From an uncultured Pirellulaceae bacterium (GTDB lineage Bacteria > Planctomycetota > Planctomycetia > Pirellulales > Pirellulaceae), in NCBI GenBank assembly GCA_938083195.1, contig CALKCK010000038.1:8186-72185 (forward strand): DNA of 64,000 bases, in the 5' to 3' direction. Shown piece after piece: positions 60,660-64,000 of the stretch. Each line of letters opens with the position of its first letter. The first letter of the stretch is position 1. Both the position numbers and the translations under genes were made by a program. The notes under the pieces were generated by a model, which searched no databases, had not been told where the DNA came from, and was given only the letters and a program-made list of their open reading frames with translations.

Positions 60660-62363
60660 ATGAGAATGGATTCTTTATTCGATTCAACAATTGGCAGCTG
60701 CAGAACTCTGCACGACCGTTGCCACTGGTTGAATGTCGTTGTCATAGTTGCGTGTTTTTTTGCGGGACTCGCCTTTCCCAATTTCGCAGCGGCCCAAACA
60801 ACGGTTAACAACAATTGGCCTCCCTCAATAACACCAACGCCTGGAGCGGTTGCCAAGCCATCGACGCCGCCACCAAGTTCATTTAAGCCTTCTAGCATTG
60901 GAACTCCTGGCATTGCCCCGGCCCAAGCTCCAACGACTTCCGCAGCCGCCCCCCTTAAACAACAACCGCCGAACCCACAAGGGTTTTTAGGAAATTCAAA
61001 CCTAAAACTATCACCCACTTCGCCACCGGCCCCCAACGCACTCGTTAAGCCCAGCGGGCAATTTCAAAGCACTAAGTTACAGAACTTATTAGGACCGCCA
61101 GCAACTCCATCAACCGCCGCCGCAACTGCAGCGTGGCAAAGTCCTCCCAAGCCAACGGTCTCATCATTCGTAGCGCCTGCAAGCATGGAGTCCGATTTAA
61201 ATCCCCCAACGGGAGTGGCCGTCGCGGCATTTCCAGCCCAACCCACTTCGACGAGCAATGCTGTGGCGAGTCCAGCAGCAGCCCAACCACAAAACTCTTT
61301 GGGAGCCTCAAAACCTAGAACGCCTGTAAAGGCGGCCACCGCAACAACCAATACCGCGGTCGCCAGTTTCACAAAGACTCCCAACGACCTACCGAGTGCC
61401 GCCGGGCAAATCTGGCAAGAATATGACATCACGCCCTACACATCGCAGATCACCAACAACAAACAACCTGAACGATCGATAGTCGATTGGATCCTTCGAG
61501 AAACGGGAACCGAAATGTGGTTCTACCGTCCGCTGGGAATTTTGAATGCTGACAAAGAAAAACTTTACGTTTACCACACCCCTGAAATTCAAAAAGTCGT
61601 CAAGAACATCGTCGAACGATTTAATCGAACCCGTGGACAAGTTCAGAATGTCGATCTTCATATGATGACGATCGAGAAACCAAATTGGCGGTCTGATTTC
61701 TATACCATTTTGCAGCCAATCAATGTCGCAACTCCGGGCACGGAAGCTTGGATTCTCTCAAAAGAAAATGCAGCAATTTTAATCAACTCGCTAACTCAGC
61801 GACCGGAAATCAGAAAACACAACTCGGGTCGACTCAGTAACCATGATGGCCAAACGATGGTGGTCGAAAAAATTACACCAGTTGAATTCATTCGCAACTT
61901 AAAGTGGGTTCCCAATCAAGTTCCCGCCTTCCAGCCTCAACAGACCCGCATCAATGAAGGGTATCGCTTAGAATTGAGCTGCCTTTCTTCGATGGACAAT
62001 TCGACGATTGAAGCGGTGATTAAATGCAATGTCGACCAAGTCGAAAAACTGACAAAAGTTAAGGTCGATGTGCCGGTAGGAAACGGCACCAAGCAAGAAG
62101 TCACTCTCCAAATCCCCCAACTCGTTAGCTGGAGGCTGCACGAGCGATTCCGCTGGCGCAACGACCAAGTGCTGATGCTCAGTTGCGGGGTGGTCGCATC
62201 GCCTGAACCCGAAAATGATGGGATTGGCCTCCGAATTCCCGGCCTACCCCAAAAATCAAATCAAGCCGAAGCTCTCTTATTCATTGAGTATCGGGGGCCG
62301 GCACAGAGCGCTACTATCCCTCAAACTGCCAATAAATCGACGGCTCCTGTCAAAACACCATGA
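60660..62363 (+). CDS. Exported protein: Pro/Ala/Ser/Thr-rich linker plus a divergent secretin-like C-terminal region
   Basis: GGAG RBS before ATG 60660, signal peptide (...FAAAQ), ~190-aa low-complexity linker, then segments resembling secretin N- and beta-domains. Confidence 0.6.
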   Translation: MRMDSLFDSTIGSCRTLHDRCHWLNVVVIVACFFAGLAFPNFAAAQTTVNNNWPPSITPTPGAVAKPSTPPPSSFKPSSIGTPGIAPAQAPTTSAAAPLKQQPPNPQGFLGNSNLKLSPTSPPAPNALVKPSGQFQSTKLQNLLGPPATPSTAAATAAWQSPPKPTVSSFVAPASMESDLNPPTGVAVAAFPAQPTSTSNAVASPAAAQPQNSLGASKPRTPVKAATATTNTAVASFTKTPNDLPSAAGQIWQEYDITPYTSQITNNKQPERSIVDWILRETGTEMWFYRPLGILNADKEKLYVYHTPEIQKVVKNIVERFNRTRGQVQNVDLHMMTIEKPNWRSDFYTILQPINVATPGTEAWILSKENAAILINSLTQRPEIRKHNSGRLSNHDGQTMVVEKITPVEFIRNLKWVPNQVPAFQPQQTRINEGYRLELSCLSSMDNSTIEAVIKCNVDQVEKLTKVKVDVPVGNGTKQEVTLQIPQLVSWRLHERFRWRNDQVLMLSCGVVASPEPENDGIGLRIPGLPQKSNQAEALLFIEYRGPAQSATIPQTANKSTAPVKTP

Positions 62364-62592
62364 ACCGGAGGTTCACTTCCTGAGCAGGCTGGCGGAACTT
62401 CCGCTCGCTCCTGCTTAATTGCCCAAAGTCACCTCGACGACTACGGCAAGAAGCTTAAAATAGATTTTGGAAAGTACGGTCAAATTGAACTGCCGTCTCT
62501 CCTTCACGTTTCAATTTCACTGCGACTCTTGGTTCGAGACGCACTATTTTCATCCCTTATTTTAGAAACTTTCGCCGAAAGTTTTTCATTCC

Positions 62593-63912
62593 ATGACCCA
62601 ATCAGATCGCCGCGTCGTCATCACAGGAATGGGTTTGATCAGCCCCATCGGCAATTCATCCACCGATCTTTGGGATTCGCTCAGCCAACAAAAGAGCGGT
62701 GTCCGTTTGCTTTCTAATTTGCCCACCGAGCATTTCCCTTCCGATTTTGGCGGCGAGTGCACTGATTTCACGGGCAGTATCGATAGCTTTGGACCTCTGG
62801 AAAAAAAGTTACAACGAAGCATCAAAAAAGGGCTTCGGCTGATGTGCCGGGAAATTCAATTGGGAGCTGCGGCGGCCCAATTGGCACTGACCGATTCGGG
62901 ACTTGATTCAGGAAGCATCGACCCCAGTCGAATTGGAACGCTTTTCGGAAGCGATTACATCATCACCAGTCCGCTCGATTTTGTCGAAGGCATTCGCGCC
63001 TGCTTAGATGCAGATGAACAATTCAGTTTTGACAAATGGGCAGAACATGGGTTAACTAAAGTCGAGCCACTGTGGCTGCTAAAATACTTACCCAACATGC
63101 CAGCCAGCCATGTCGCCATCTACAACGACCTGCGCGGTCCCAGCAATTCAATTACCGTCCGGGAAGCCTCTGCCAATCTGGCGATTGCCGAAGCGACCAC
63201 CATCATCAAGCGTGGTTCAGCAGATTTCATGGTTGCTGGGTCAACCGGCTCTCGAATCCACCCGCTGCGCACCGTTCACATTGCCCTCCAGGAACAACTC
63301 GCCGACCGGCACACTGAATCCGCCGGTGGAGACCCAACCAAAGCATGTCGACCTTTCGATAAAAATCGAACGGGCATGACACTCGGAGAAGGAGCTGGCG
63401 TTTTGATTCTGGAAGAACTTTCTTCTGCAGAAAAACGGGGAGCCAATATTCTCGGCGAAGTCGTAGGCTATGGGTCTTCCTGTGTTGCTGATAAAAACGG
63501 CGCAGCGAATTACCAACAAGCACTTAAAAATGTCCTTCTCGGTGGCCTCGAAACCTCGGGAGTGGATGCATCAACGATTGGCCATGTCCACGCCCACGGA
63601 CTCGGATCACTCCATTGTGACCTTCAAGAATCACAGGCCATCGCAGATGTTATGAAAGATACTCCCGTTACCGCCGCCAAAAGTTACATGGGAAATCTCG
63701 GCGGTGGCTGCGGTATTGTCGAAATAGCAGCGAGCTTAATGGCAATGGAGAACGGACCGCTGTTCCCAATACTGAATTGCGATGATCTCGATGAACAATG
63801 CCCAATCAATGCAGTACAAACCGACGACGTCGGTGCTGGTGATTCATTCATCAATCTCAATGTGACCCCGCAAGGCCAAGCGAGCTCAGTCGTGATCAAA
63901 AAGCACCAGTGA
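62593..63912 (+). CDS. Beta-ketoacyl-ACP synthase (FabF) family protein lacking the catalytic Cys
   Basis: RRVVITGMG, YLPNMPA, GPSNSITVREAS (Glu at the Cys position), RPFDKNRTG, GEGAG, HAHG and KSYMGN. Confidence 0.85.
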   Translation: MTQSDRRVVITGMGLISPIGNSSTDLWDSLSQQKSGVRLLSNLPTEHFPSDFGGECTDFTGSIDSFGPLEKKLQRSIKKGLRLMCREIQLGAAAAQLALTDSGLDSGSIDPSRIGTLFGSDYIITSPLDFVEGIRACLDADEQFSFDKWAEHGLTKVEPLWLLKYLPNMPASHVAIYNDLRGPSNSITVREASANLAIAEATTIIKRGSADFMVAGSTGSRIHPLRTVHIALQEQLADRHTESAGGDPTKACRPFDKNRTGMTLGEGAGVLILEELSSAEKRGANILGEVVGYGSSCVADKNGAANYQQALKNVLLGGLETSGVDASTIGHVHAHGLGSLHCDLQESQAIADVMKDTPVTAAKSYMGNLGGGCGIVEIAASLMAMENGPLFPILNCDDLDEQCPINAVQTDDVGAGDSFINLNVTPQGQASSVVIKKHQ

Positions 63913-64000
63913 TCGCCGTCTCGATCCTTCGATCATGAACCATCATTTGGCCTGATCCGCCCAAACTGCAATCTCGGGAAAGGATAAATCGCAGGCATTT

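Overview
Chromosomal, housekeeping-rich window, most likely from a planctomycete. The evidence is a DUF1549/DUF1553-DUF1501 gene pair, a PQQ-like beta-propeller with a WxxWRGP start, and an alpha2-type GlyRS. I can support 47 CDS: pepT (5'-truncated), a four-gene hydroxyproline-catabolic set with hemY translationally coupled to it, folD, trpBA, mutM, nadD, priA, rnhA, recG, a futalosine-route menaquinone cluster (mqnE/ubiA-like/ubiX/menG), glyQS, yebC and the nusA-infB-rbfA operon. There is also one candidate 6S-like ncRNA. By eye I found no rRNA, tRNA, CRISPR array, transposase or integrase. Top leads: (1) a catalytically degenerate endonuclease-III-like (HhH-GPD) protein with a ~120-aa histone-H1-like Lys/Ala tail just downstream of rbfA, a candidate nucleoid-condensing protein; (2) a ketosynthase with Cys->Glu and His->Asn active-site substitutions (chain-length-factor-like); (3) an orphan, divergent secretin-like protein; (4) a 6S-like hairpin RNA; (5) an orphan MalK-type ATPase in the usual rimP position ahead of nusA. 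All family calls come from motif recognition, not database searches.
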